NCBI GenBank assembly: GCA_965248535.1
Contig: CBDFJR010000005.1
Span: 1,888,001 to 1,952,000, forward strand
DNA from: Phormidesmis sp.
Lineage (GTDB): Bacteria > Cyanobacteriota > Cyanobacteriia > Leptolyngbyales > Leptolyngbyaceae
Direction: 5' to 3'
DNA length: 64,000 nt
The position numbers were made by a program, and so were the translations under genes. Below the pieces are notes generated by a model that did no database searches, was not told the origin of the DNA, and saw only the letters and a list, made by a program, of their open reading frames with translations. Of this stretch, positions 51,072 to 59,936 are shown in pieces; the first letter of the stretch is position 1; each line of letters opens with the position of its first letter.

Positions 51072-51275
51072 TAGAGATGCTGCACTACGGTAGAGGACAA
51101 AACGAGTGGGTTCGGCATCAAGAATACTGGCGATTAAGGCGACAGCTTGGGTTTCTTGCTCAAAAGCTTGGCGCGCCAATTGTGTAGCCTTCTCTAGAGC
51201 ACCTCTTAAACGAGCGACTACTGCGGCTTCGGCTAAATCCATTGCTTGTTGGTGGAGCACTTGAATCTGGCTCAT
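51057..51275 (-). pseudogene. Cassette-borne helical hypothetical protein, probably 3'-truncated
   Basis: Begins 46 bp past the attC core; its last codons and stop lie inside the 36-bp repeat. Confidence 0.55.
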
Positions 51276-51320
51276 TGGGGTATGCCATTTTGAACTCTTT
51301 GAGACATGGATTGAATGGCG

Positions 51321-52100
51321 ATCTAACGGCTAAAGTGAGCGGCGGCAAGAGGACTAGAACGAAGCGCAAAGGCTATGTATCGTCCGCTCCACTATGTGTC
51401 CGCCCAGCATGGGCGTGAACTAATGGGGTGAAAGTCCCCTGTCGGAGAACCAACGTCCAAAGGAACCCGAAAGTTCCGAGTGACGACAACGACTAGCTTA
51501 AGGCAAGGGCGTTTCCGCGAGGAAGGGTCTGAAGGAAGCTGGAGGCAAACCTGCGAACTGACGGACAGAAACGTCATAGAAGGCTAAGATTCCCGTGGCG
51601 AGTGAGCACAACATCACAAAGCCTTTTGGTTCAGGGAACATAGTAAATGACGCGGTTGTGCAGGGACATTCACGGTCTTATCTGGGGAGATCTGCTCAAA
51701 GGGCGGTTTGGGATTTTATGGGAGTCGGACTGAGGGCGATTTGGAAACGAATCGACAACCCACCGAACCCTACGGAAACCTAAGCAGCGCGTCTAGCGGC
51801 AACGCTAGAGGTAATTGAGCAGAAGTCAGCAGAAGCCATAGTAGCCAAATGCTCATCGTCATGGGTGAGACAGGGTGAAGGGCTGAACGTCAGAGAGCAG
51901 GGAGGAGCCGTAAAGCTCGACGGGGCGATGAACCCGGATGGGGGAGCTAACTTGTCGGCGCTTAATTGCGTCACCAGCCCTGGACATCAATTCTTTGGAG
52001 TTGAAGGGTCTAAACCTCTTTGAGGAAGCGCCCCGTGCGGAGCCGCACGCGGGGTGCTGTGGGAGCGGGGGGAGAAAATCCCCTTGCTACCCGATTAGAC
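51321..52100 (-). other. Integron attC site (about 82-84 bp when rejoined), split by a group II intron
   Basis: Minus strand rejoined: R'' GTCTAAC, L'' AGTGGAGCGG (one extra base), L' CCGCTCACT, R' GTTAGAT. Confidence 0.85.
51398..52095 (+). mobile_element. ORF-less group IIC (attC-targeting) intron, about 698 nt
   Basis: 5' GTCCGCCCAGCATGGGCG; domain V GAAGCGCCCCGTGCGGAGCCGCACGCGGGGTGCTGT; domain VI ending ACCCGAT; no RT ORF; 5' end may be 51398 or 51400. Confidence 0.9.
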
Positions 52101-52149
52101 GCCGTCAGTTACGCAGAATTCCCTGAGTACATGCACGGTATTGGTGCTA

Positions 52150-52818
52150 TTAATCAATAATTACCCTAAAGGTCAAATTGATTCTCGGTTCTACCTTTCT
52201 AGATGTTTTTGGAATTTGATGCTGCCAGAAATGCTGAGTCTCACCAGCCATCAGAAGAAAACTACCATGTGTTAGCTCAACTTCCGCCTTCAGATCTTGG
52301 TCTTGCCTATGCCGAAACATAAATCTTCTTGCTCCTCCGAAACTGACAGAGCCAATTACAGGATTTTCACCTAATTCTGGCTCTGCATCTGTGTGCCAAG
52401 AGATACCATCATTTCCATGACGATAGAGATTCAGCAAAACGCTGTTGAACTCAACCTCTGAAACCTCTTCAATACGCTGCTTCACTTGCAGCAATGTTGG
52501 TGTCCAAGGTTCAGGATCGAGGTGAATACCTGAGAAGGTGTACGATTTATCCTGATCACCATACCAAGCAGTCTTTCGCGGCAAATTGATCTCTTTGCCA
52601 TAAAGCTTCATCTTGTCTTGCCGCCAGTTAATCTCATTCAGCAAGATCTGGAAAATTTCGTTGCTTCTTTGCGAGTCGAAAAAGTTTCGGTAGAAAATAA
52701 CCTTTGCGTCTGGCATAGGTAGGACTTCTCTGACTAATTCATCCTCGGCACTTGTGACCGACTCAAAACCGGAGAACAAGTCCCCTTGAGAAACATTTAC
52801 GGCAGACTTCCTTCTCAT
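52150..52818 (-). CDS. AlkB-family (ALKBH2/3-like) 2OG-Fe(II) dioxygenase
   Basis: 'PRKTAWYGD', 'FNSVLLNLYR.GND...WHTDAE', 'WQHQIPK', 'RINLTFR'. Confidence 0.92.
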   Translation of the reverse strand: MRRKSAVNVSQGDLFSGFESVTSAEDELVREVLPMPDAKVIFYRNFFDSQRSNEIFQILLNEINWRQDKMKLYGKEINLPRKTAWYGDQDKSYTFSGIHLDPEPWTPTLLQVKQRIEEVSEVEFNSVLLNLYRHGNDGISWHTDAEPELGENPVIGSVSFGGARRFMFRHRQDQDLKAEVELTHGSFLLMAGETQHFWQHQIPKTSRKVEPRINLTFRVIID

Positions 52819-52830
52819 AAAGACTTTTCC

Positions 52831-53637
52831 TCAGCTTTGAATCAGGTTCACAGTGAATTGCCTCTCGCATACACCTATTCTACGCTCTTCATACCTTCCG
52901 GTTTTGAAGTAGAACACTTTTTTATAAATCGGCTCCTCAGAAACCACTGAGTTGTAAATTCGACCGGACTGCGAGAACAAGTCATAGAAGTTACTTAATC
53001 TATATCTACGATCGTTATCTGGACTTGTGCAGATAAATCGATTTAAGCCTCGAAAGGAACCAATTATCAACTCGTGTAATTCGTCTAAACTAAACGCTTC
53101 TACATCAATAATGTTTGAGAAAAGGTGAACCTTGATGCTATCCATATCAGAAATCAAATCGCTAGGTTGCAAGTCATCTATGTACTTACTAATTCTACGT
53201 ATGGTAGGAGTAGCATAGGCTTCAGATTGAAGCATTTGACAAGCGAGGTTGTAACCGCGCTCCAACGCTGTAAGCGAAGGCTCTACAAGCGTAATCGAGA
53301 CTACTTCGGGCTTGAGCTTACTCTCGATGAAGTAGTCAATCAAAACACAGGTCGCCAATGCTTGACCACATCCCCAGTCAATGATCTCCAATTTTTTGCC
53401 GTCAGTATAGTGAAAATTAGTTGAGGCAAAGGCTGCATAAAGTTTGTGAAAATGATGCCCACCGTAAAACGCTACATACTGGTCGCATTTTGCCTCGCTA
53501 TCCAACACTGCCGTACCATTAGCTAAAGCACTGAGAACATTTTGAACATTTTGTATATTCTTGCACTTTTCTATGCAGGGCTTGTAGATGCCATCGATAA
53601 ATCTCATGATCCCTTCTTCTGAGTTCGAGATGTTCAT
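52831..53637 (-). CDS. Class I SAM-dependent methyltransferase-like protein
   Basis: 'IIDWGCGQA' motif I, 'TLVEPS', 'HLFSNIIDV'. Confidence 0.6.
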   Translation of the reverse strand: MNISNSEEGIMRFIDGIYKPCIEKCKNIQNVQNVLSALANGTAVLDSEAKCDQYVAFYGGHHFHKLYAAFASTNFHYTDGKKLEIIDWGCGQALATCVLIDYFIESKLKPEVVSITLVEPSLTALERGYNLACQMLQSEAYATPTIRRISKYIDDLQPSDLISDMDSIKVHLFSNIIDVEAFSLDELHELIIGSFRGLNRFICTSPDNDRRYRLSNFYDLFSQSGRIYNSVVSEEPIYKKVFYFKTGRYEERRIGVCERQFTVNLIQS

Positions 53638-53786
53638 GTAGAAGGCTCAAAAAATGTAAGACTTCTATCGGCTAGACTGCCCAAGCTACCTTCTAGATTA
53701 AACAATTACTTCAGTGATGGTTCTCCAGATTCTCAAATGTCAGGATTGCACAAGGCTGAAGTGGCAATCTCACCAACAACTCAGGC

Positions 53787-53950
53787 GTATAACTACTATT
53801 TCTGCCGTTTGAACTCCTATCAAACAGGATAAATGCCTCTCTCAGAGAAATTATGCCGTATGGAAACCGGATAACTCCCATTTTTTTAGGAATCATCCTG
53901 AATTCTCACAGGATAACTCTCCACTTTCGGGTAATTATACGGAATGGCGC
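53787..53950 (-). other. Cassette entry core site (GTTATAC) plus three 42-bp-periodic dyad sites
   Basis: GGATAA at 53827/53869/53911; inverted T(T/C)AT.C at 53851/53893/53935. Confidence 0.7.
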
Positions 53951-54072
53951 TCAGGTTTTTCGATTCTAAGGGAGCCGCGAGTAAATTGTCTCGTTCCGAT
54001 GAATCAGTCATGGCGCTGAGTCGATCGAGTCCCTGCCGTTGCTCGACTGGAACATAAATTAGGGAGAGTTTA

Positions 54073-54125
54073 CGATCGCCCCCCCTCTTCCACAAAACCC
54101 GATCGCTTCCCTCCCCCACAAAAAT
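54073..54125. repeat. Two imperfect 27-bp tandem units (CGATCGC...CCACAAAA)
   Basis: Seen directly. Confidence 0.5.
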
Positions 54126-54394
54126 CACCATTCCAAAAAACAAAAAACTCTAGTACAATACACCGCAGTGATGGAGTTATGCCCCGAAGCCTGATCTACC
54201 AAATCAGACTCCGAGGACTTCCATCCCTAGTTACCGACTAGTAACTTAGGAGGCGTTCATGATTGTACACCGACAGCTTTGCTATGGGATCTTGAAAGGC
54301 TGGAATCAAGATCCTGCATACAGATTTCCCCCCAACCCAATGTCTGAGAGATCCGTGTTTTTGTCCTCTTTGAATTAATCGAGAGGACAAAACT

Positions 54395-54766
54395 ATGGGA
54401 GTTAGGACGATCGTGCCTAGCTCGATTTCGTTCACCGTTGAGTTACGTTGCTCAATCGAAAAGCGTTATCGAGTCAGTGTTATTTTGGATTTGCAAGAGC
54501 GTTATATTTTCATTCCCTCTGGTGTTATCTCAGACATTAGTGATGTCATTGAAGAGTTTGTGTCTCAGTTAAGTGAGATCGCGTCTAATCAACTGGCATT
54601 CTTGAAATGGGACGGTACGAGTGATTTAACGACGGAGTATCAGATTGTTCGAGTGTTGCCGGGATATCAAGTTGAGCGATCGTTAGCAAAGTTCAACATT
54701 GTCATCGGCAGTGGTTCACTGATTCAAGTGGAGGAGTTGCACGACAAAATCATCATTCAACTCTAG
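54395..54766 (+). CDS. Hypothetical protein
   Basis: 123-aa ORF with GAGGA RBS, inside the island. Confidence 0.6.
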   Translation: MGVRTIVPSSISFTVELRCSIEKRYRVSVILDLQERYIFIPSGVISDISDVIEEFVSQLSEIASNQLAFLKWDGTSDLTTEYQIVRVLPGYQVERSLAKFNIVIGSGSLIQVEELHDKIIIQL

Positions 54767-54893
54767 ATAAAGGGAACGATCGCGAAATTACCTTTTTGAA
54801 GGCTGACCGAAATTAAGCGATCGTTCCTTAATCATCTGAAGGGCTAACATTTTAGATTGAATAGGATGAATCCTCGATCTCATTCCTAATCAC

Positions 54894-54929
54894 CCTTTAC
54901 AGTTCGTAATCACTCTAGTGAGCGATCGC
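54894..54929 (+). repeat. 36-bp direct repeat, right copy
   Basis: Identical to 51036-51071. Confidence 0.95.
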
Positions 54930-54989
54930 ACTCCTGAAAGTTTTAGACTTTATAAGATATCGCCAACATTAGCCAGCTATATCAGCCCT

Positions 54990-55979
54990 ATGTTTCCAAC
55001 TCACCGCCCTCGCCGCCTGCGTGCTCATCCTCAACTGCGCCGGATGGTGCGTGAGACTGTGTTGACTACCAGTGACTTGATCTATCCCTTGTTTGCGGTT
55101 CCGGGTGAGGCGATCGCCAAAGAAGTTCGCTCAATGCCGGGGGTGTTTCAACTCTCGATCGACAAAATCGTTGAAGAAGCTAAAGAAGTCTACGATTTGG
55201 GCATTCCGTCAATTATTTTGTTTGGCATTCCGGCGGATAAAGACACGGATGCAACGGGTGCCTGGCACGATTGCGGCATGATTCAAAAAGCGGCAACGGC
55301 CGTGAAGGAAGCGGTTCCCGATCTGATCGTGATTGCAGACACTTGCCTGTGTGAATATACGCCCCACGGTCACTGTGGTTATCTCGAAGTCGGCGACTTA
55401 TCCGGGCGAGTGCTCAACGACCCAACGTTAGAACTGCTCAAAAAAACGGCGGTTTCTCAAGCCAAAGCAGGTGCTGATATCATTGCGCCTTCTGGCATGA
55501 TGGATGGCTTTGTGCAAGCGGTGCGACAGGGGCTAGACGAAGCAGGATTTCACGATACGCCGATCATGTCTTATGCGGCAAAATATGCGTCCGCCTATTA
55601 TGGGCCATTTCGAGATGCAGCCGAATCGGCTCCTCAGTTTGGCGATCGCCGCACCTACCAAATGGACCCCGGCAACGCTCGTGAAGCGATTAAAGAAATC
55701 GAACTCGATATTGCCGAAGGCGCAGATATGCTGATGGTCAAGCCAGCGCTGTCTTATATGGATGTGATTTATCGCGTCAAGGAAGCGACGAATTTGCCTG
55801 TCGCGGCCTATAACGTGTCGGGCGAATATGCGATGGTAAAGGCCGCTGCCCTCAACGGCTGGATCGATGAAGAGCGCATCGTTCTGGAAACGCTGACCAG
55901 CTTTAAACGGGCAGGTGCAGATTTAATTCTTACCTACCATGCTAAAGATGCGGCTCGTTGGTTGGCTGCTCAGGCTTAA
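54990..55979 (+). CDS. hemB: Porphobilinogen synthase
   Basis: '[11 protein letters not shown]', '[12 protein letters not shown]', 'MVKPA'. Confidence 0.98.
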   Translation: MFPTHRPRRLRAHPQLRRMVRETVLTTSDLIYPLFAVPGEAIAKEVRSMPGVFQLSIDKIVEEAKEVYDLGIPSIILFGIPADKDTDATGAWHDCGMIQKAATAVKEAVPDLIVIADTCLCEYTPHGHCGYLEVGDLSGRVLNDPTLELLKKTAVSQAKAGADIIAPSGMMDGFVQAVRQGLDEAGFHDTPIMSYAAKYASAYYGPFRDAAESAPQFGDRRTYQMDPGNAREAIKEIELDIAEGADMLMVKPALSYMDVIYRVKEATNLPVAAYNVSGEYAMVKAAALNGWIDEERIVLETLTSFKRAGADLILTYHAKDAARWLAAQA

Positions 55980-56039
55980 ACGCTAAACTTTCAGACCTGA
56001 ACTCTCCAACAATTCTTTTTTGCTGGAGGGTTTCAGCTT

Positions 56040-56908
56040 CTAGCCTAGACCCAAATGTTGACGCAGAGCGTGGCGCATCGTCTCAACTGGGACAGACTGC
56101 TGTGTCCAGATCTTAAGAGCGATCGCCCCTTGTTGAATCAGCATTTCTAACCCGTCGATCGCGACTCCACCCCGATCGCTAACCTGCTTTAAAAACATTG
56201 TCGGGTTGGGCGTGTAGATCAAGTCATAGGCGATGATCCCCGGTTGATGGCTTTTAGCTGATCAACTTCCGACACCGTGAGGGGAGATTGATCAGCGTGA
56301 GGAGACATTCCGATCGGGGTCGCGTTCACCAATAAATCTGCACGGGGTAATAACTGGGGTAGTGTCTCCCAACCGTGAACGGTTAACCCTAGGGAAGCCT
56401 TCCAACTTTGCAAAAACGCGGCTAGCTTTTGGGCATCTCGCCCGACAATGTGAACTTCAGCACAGCCTAATTCTAGACATCCGGCGACAACGGCTCTAGC
56501 GGCTCCCCCGTTTCCTAAAATCACCGCGACCGATTGACTCCAATCTTGCTGCCGCGATCGCAGCGGCGCTAAAAATCCTTCCGCATCTGTATTGGTGCCG
56601 CTCCAGCCTTTTTGGGTTCGCCAAACCGTATTGACCGCCCCGATCGCCTGCGCTACGTCAGAGATTTCATCCAGCAGGGGCATAATCGTCTGCTTGTGGG
56701 GAATGGTGATGCTAAACCCCTGGATGCCGATCGCGGCAAATCCCTGAATCGCTTGGGCTAAATTTTCGGGCGCGATCGCAAAGGGCAGATATACAAAATC
56801 TGCGCCCATCTCCGCCAGAGCCGCATTGTGCATGATGGGCGAAAGCGAGTGCCCGATCGGGTGCCCAATCACGCCCAGCAGCTTCGTTTTTCCGGTGATT
56901 TGCGTCAT
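56040..56908 (-). pseudogene. aroE: Shikimate dehydrogenase, frameshifted near 56245-56256
   Basis: 'HSLSP.MHN', 'TIPHK', 'GAVNT', 'NTD', 'NATPIG' in one frame; 'AYDLIYTPNPT...DGLEMLIQQG' in another. Confidence 0.9.
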
Positions 56909-58218
56909 GGCTCCGGGTTCAAATAACCCCGGACTCGAAACATCACAGAGTTGGCGTGAGACGGTAACCCTTCAGCCTTGGCCAAAACATCGATCGCATT
57001 GGCGGCTTTTTGCAGCGCGATCGGAGAATATTGCACCAGACTAGAGTGTTTCAAAAAGGTCTCAACGCCCAGAGGTGAGGCATATCGAGCCGACCCCGAC
57101 GTGGGTAATGTGTGGTTAGGCCCTGCCAAATAATCGCCCACCGCTTCAGGAGTTGAGCTTCCTAAGAAGATCGCGCCTGCGTGACGAATATTTTGCAGCA
57201 ACGCCCAGGGATCATCCACTTCCAGTTCTAAATGTTCGGGGGCAAAGTCGTTTGAAAGCTCGGCGGCGGCTTCTAAAGAATCGACGATCGCCACCAAACC
57301 ATAGTGAGCGATCGATTTCTCAGTTAAAGTTCTTCGCGGATGATCCATCAACTGTCGCTCGACCTCATCCACCACTTTTCGCGCTAGCGCTGAGTCAGTC
57401 GTCAACAAAATAGCGGCGGCCATTGGATCGTGCTCTGCTTGCGCTAGCAAATCTGCCGCAATATAGACCGGGTTGGCGGTTTCATCGGCAATAATCAGCA
57501 CCTCAGACGGGCCTGCCAGCGAATCAATACCAACGGTTCCGTAGACCAGTTTTTTAGCCAGCGTCACATAGATGTTGCCGGGGCCCGTGATCACATCTAC
57601 TTTGGGAATGGTTTCTGTGCCATAGGCTAAAGCCGCGATCGCTTGGGCACCCCCGACTCGATAGATCTCGTGCACTCCTGCTTCTTGAGCCGCCACCAAA
57701 ACCGCCGCATTAATTGCCTTGTCTTTGCCGGGTGGGGTCACCATGACAATGCGAGGCACCTGAGCGACTTTGGCCGGAACGGCATTCATCAAGACCGTGC
57801 TGGGATAGCAGGCCAAACCACCGGGGACGTATAGCCCAGCCCGATCAACGGGCGTATAGCGCTTGCCCAAAACAATTTCGTCTTCACCGAAGTGAACCCA
57901 ACTTTTGGGCACTCGCTGTCGATGAAAGGCCTCAATTTGCTGCCGAGCTTGCTGAATGGCCATAAGAAGCTCTTTAGAGACCTGCTGATAAGCGGCATCA
58001 AGCTCAGAACCACTGACTCGCAGTTCTTCAGGCTTAATTTTTTGGTGATCGAACTCTAGGGTGTAATCTAACACCGCTCGATCTCCGAGTCGCTTAACCG
58101 CTTGCAGCACCTCCCGAACCGTCGCTTCTTTGTGAACAACCTGGTCGTCGTGAGTGCGATCGCAAATTCGTCGCAGTTCAGTTTTAGCCTCAGTCCACTG
58201 AGTGATGATTCGCAACAT
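56905..58218 (-). CDS. hisD: Histidinol dehydrogenase
   Basis: 'GPGNIYV', 'AGPSE', 'AQAEHD', 'APEHLE', 'GPNHTLPT'. Confidence 0.98.
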   Translation of the reverse strand: MLRIITQWTEAKTELRRICDRTHDDQVVHKEATVREVLQAVKRLGDRAVLDYTLEFDHQKIKPEELRVSGSELDAAYQQVSKELLMAIQQARQQIEAFHRQRVPKSWVHFGEDEIVLGKRYTPVDRAGLYVPGGLACYPSTVLMNAVPAKVAQVPRIVMVTPPGKDKAINAAVLVAAQEAGVHEIYRVGGAQAIAALAYGTETIPKVDVITGPGNIYVTLAKKLVYGTVGIDSLAGPSEVLIIADETANPVYIAADLLAQAEHDPMAAAILLTTDSALARKVVDEVERQLMDHPRRTLTEKSIAHYGLVAIVDSLEAAAELSNDFAPEHLELEVDDPWALLQNIRHAGAIFLGSSTPEAVGDYLAGPNHTLPTSGSARYASPLGVETFLKHSSLVQYSPIALQKAANAIDVLAKAEGLPSHANSVMFRVRGYLNPEP

Positions 58219-58432
58219 GGAGTGTAGAAGTGTCAGACTTGAGATAACCCGTCTAGAAAAAGGGCTTGAACCGTCCTAGCAACCTTGCCAATGCTAGATA
58301 AACCCTATCTTCGTTACTTTAGCTTAACCCGGATTTTTAGAGGTGTATGTGATCGTCCAGATGTTAATGCTATAGTAATTTGTCTAGCGATTCTTGTGTC
58401 CAATAATAGTTAAAGTTCTTCTAGGATTTACT

Positions 58433-58729
58433 GTGGCAAATATTAAATCCGCGATCAAACGCGTTGAAATTGCAGAACGGAACCGTCTCCGTAACAAAGC
58501 ATACAAGTCAGCCGTCCGGACGCTGATGAAAAAGTGCATGGCAGCCGCAGACACCTACGCGGCTAAACCGTCTCCAGAGACCTTAGCGGTGGTCAACACG
58601 ACTCTCTCTTCCGCCTTCAGCAAGATTGACAAAGCGGTGAAGCGTGGAGTCTTGCACCCAAACACGGGTGCCCGCCGAAAATCTCGTCTGTCTAGAGAAG
58701 TCAAAAAGCAAACGGCTCCCGTGTCCTAG
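58433..58729 (+). CDS. rpsT: 30S ribosomal protein S20
   Basis: GTG start, 'ANIKSAIKR', '[13 protein letters not shown]'. Confidence 0.98.
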   Translation: MANIKSAIKRVEIAERNRLRNKAYKSAVRTLMKKCMAAADTYAAKPSPETLAVVNTTLSSAFSKIDKAVKRGVLHPNTGARRKSRLSREVKKQTAPVS

Positions 58730-58786
58730 CAGAGTTGCTAAAGCTCCACTGAGGTCGATGATTTTAGGTTTGTCTTGAAGGCGTTC

Positions 58787-59599
58787 ATGCAACTGATTGA
58801 CACCCATGTTCACATCAACTTTGAGGCGTTTAAGCCAGACTTAGAGGCGATCGCGGCTCGTTGGCGAGAAGCAGGACTTGTTCACCTTGTCCACTCTTGT
58901 GTCGAACCTGCCGAATTTGCTGAGATTCAGGCGCTTGCCGATCGCTTCCCTGAGCTTTCCTTCGCCGTGGGGTTACATCCCCTAGACGTTGAAGAAAAGT
59001 GGGTAGAAAGCTCTTCTCAGCAGATTCTTGACTTAGCCAAGTCTGATCCGCGAGTCGTGGCGATCGGGGAAATGGGCCTAGATTTCTTCAAGGCAGACAA
59101 CCGAGCGCAGCAGATCAAGGCGTTTGAGGCGCAGCTTGCGATCGCTCAACACCTCGACTTGCCAGTGATTATTCACTGTAGAGAGGCTGCAAAGCCGATG
59201 GCAGACTTGCTGCGTCGCTTCTGTCAGCAGGGCGGCTCAGTCCGAGGGGTGATGCACTGTTGGGGCGGCACTCCTGAAGAAACACAGTGGTTTCTAGATC
59301 TGGGTTTCTACATCAGTTTCAGTGGCACAGTGACGTTCAAAAAAGCTCTTCAGATTCAAGAATCTGCAAAAATGGTGCCCAGCGATCGTCTCCTGATCGA
59401 AACAGATTGCCCCTTTCTATCGCCCGTTCCCAAACGGGGTGAAAAGCGCAATGAGCCATCTTACGTGCAATACGTGGCTCAACAGGTGGCTCGATTAAGA
59501 GAAACTCCCGTTGAGCAACTAGCTGCCCAAACGACTCAAAACGCTTGCCAACTGTTTGGCTTGACGATTTCTCAGCCCTGTCTTTCTCCCTCAACCTAG
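58787..59599 (+). CDS. tatD: TatD family DNase
   Basis: 'DTHVH', 'GLHP', 'AIGE.GLD', 'HCR', 'ETDCPFL'. Confidence 0.93.
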   Translation: MQLIDTHVHINFEAFKPDLEAIAARWREAGLVHLVHSCVEPAEFAEIQALADRFPELSFAVGLHPLDVEEKWVESSSQQILDLAKSDPRVVAIGEMGLDFFKADNRAQQIKAFEAQLAIAQHLDLPVIIHCREAAKPMADLLRRFCQQGGSVRGVMHCWGGTPEETQWFLDLGFYISFSGTVTFKKALQIQESAKMVPSDRLLIETDCPFLSPVPKRGEKRNEPSYVQYVAQQVARLRETPVEQLAAQTTQNACQLFGLTISQPCLSPST

Positions 59600-59936
59600 G
59601 TGAGCGAGGTTTGGATCTCACAAATTTGTTGATTCGTCAACCCACAAAACCAATTTGCTGCGCCATAATGTTAGAGAGTGCAAATCATGGCTCATGAACA
59701 GGACTTTCTACCAGGTTTTATGTTCCTCAGTAAAACTTGAATCTGTCAGACGCTCACCTAAATCACCCACCGATTGTTGGAAGAATTGGAAACGAAGCGA
59801 GCAACCAACAACTCACAATTAAATATCCAGGCTTTTGGATTCCTTTCAGGTTTCCAAACTTTTTTGCATTGACCTATTTGTGCAAATAGTATAAAATTCA
59901 GGGTTCGCGCTGGGCGTGACCCTTCTGAGGAGACGC

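Noticed and set aside
51392..52126. Four ORFs of about 60 aa inside the intron
   Set aside because: They overlap structured intron RNA and have no RT/maturase motifs
53825..53950. 42-bp repeats as a CRISPR array
   Set aside because: Degenerate units without identical repeats and unique spacers; no cas genes
53711..54435. Short minus-strand ORFs (61, 85 and 65 aa)
   Set aside because: No coding signature; two of them overlap the dyad array or short repeats
54773..54827. GGAACGATCGC...GCGATCGTTCC inverted repeat as MITE or attC
   Set aside because: Built on near-HIP1 palindromes, with no AAC/GTT cores; at most a transcript-end hairpin
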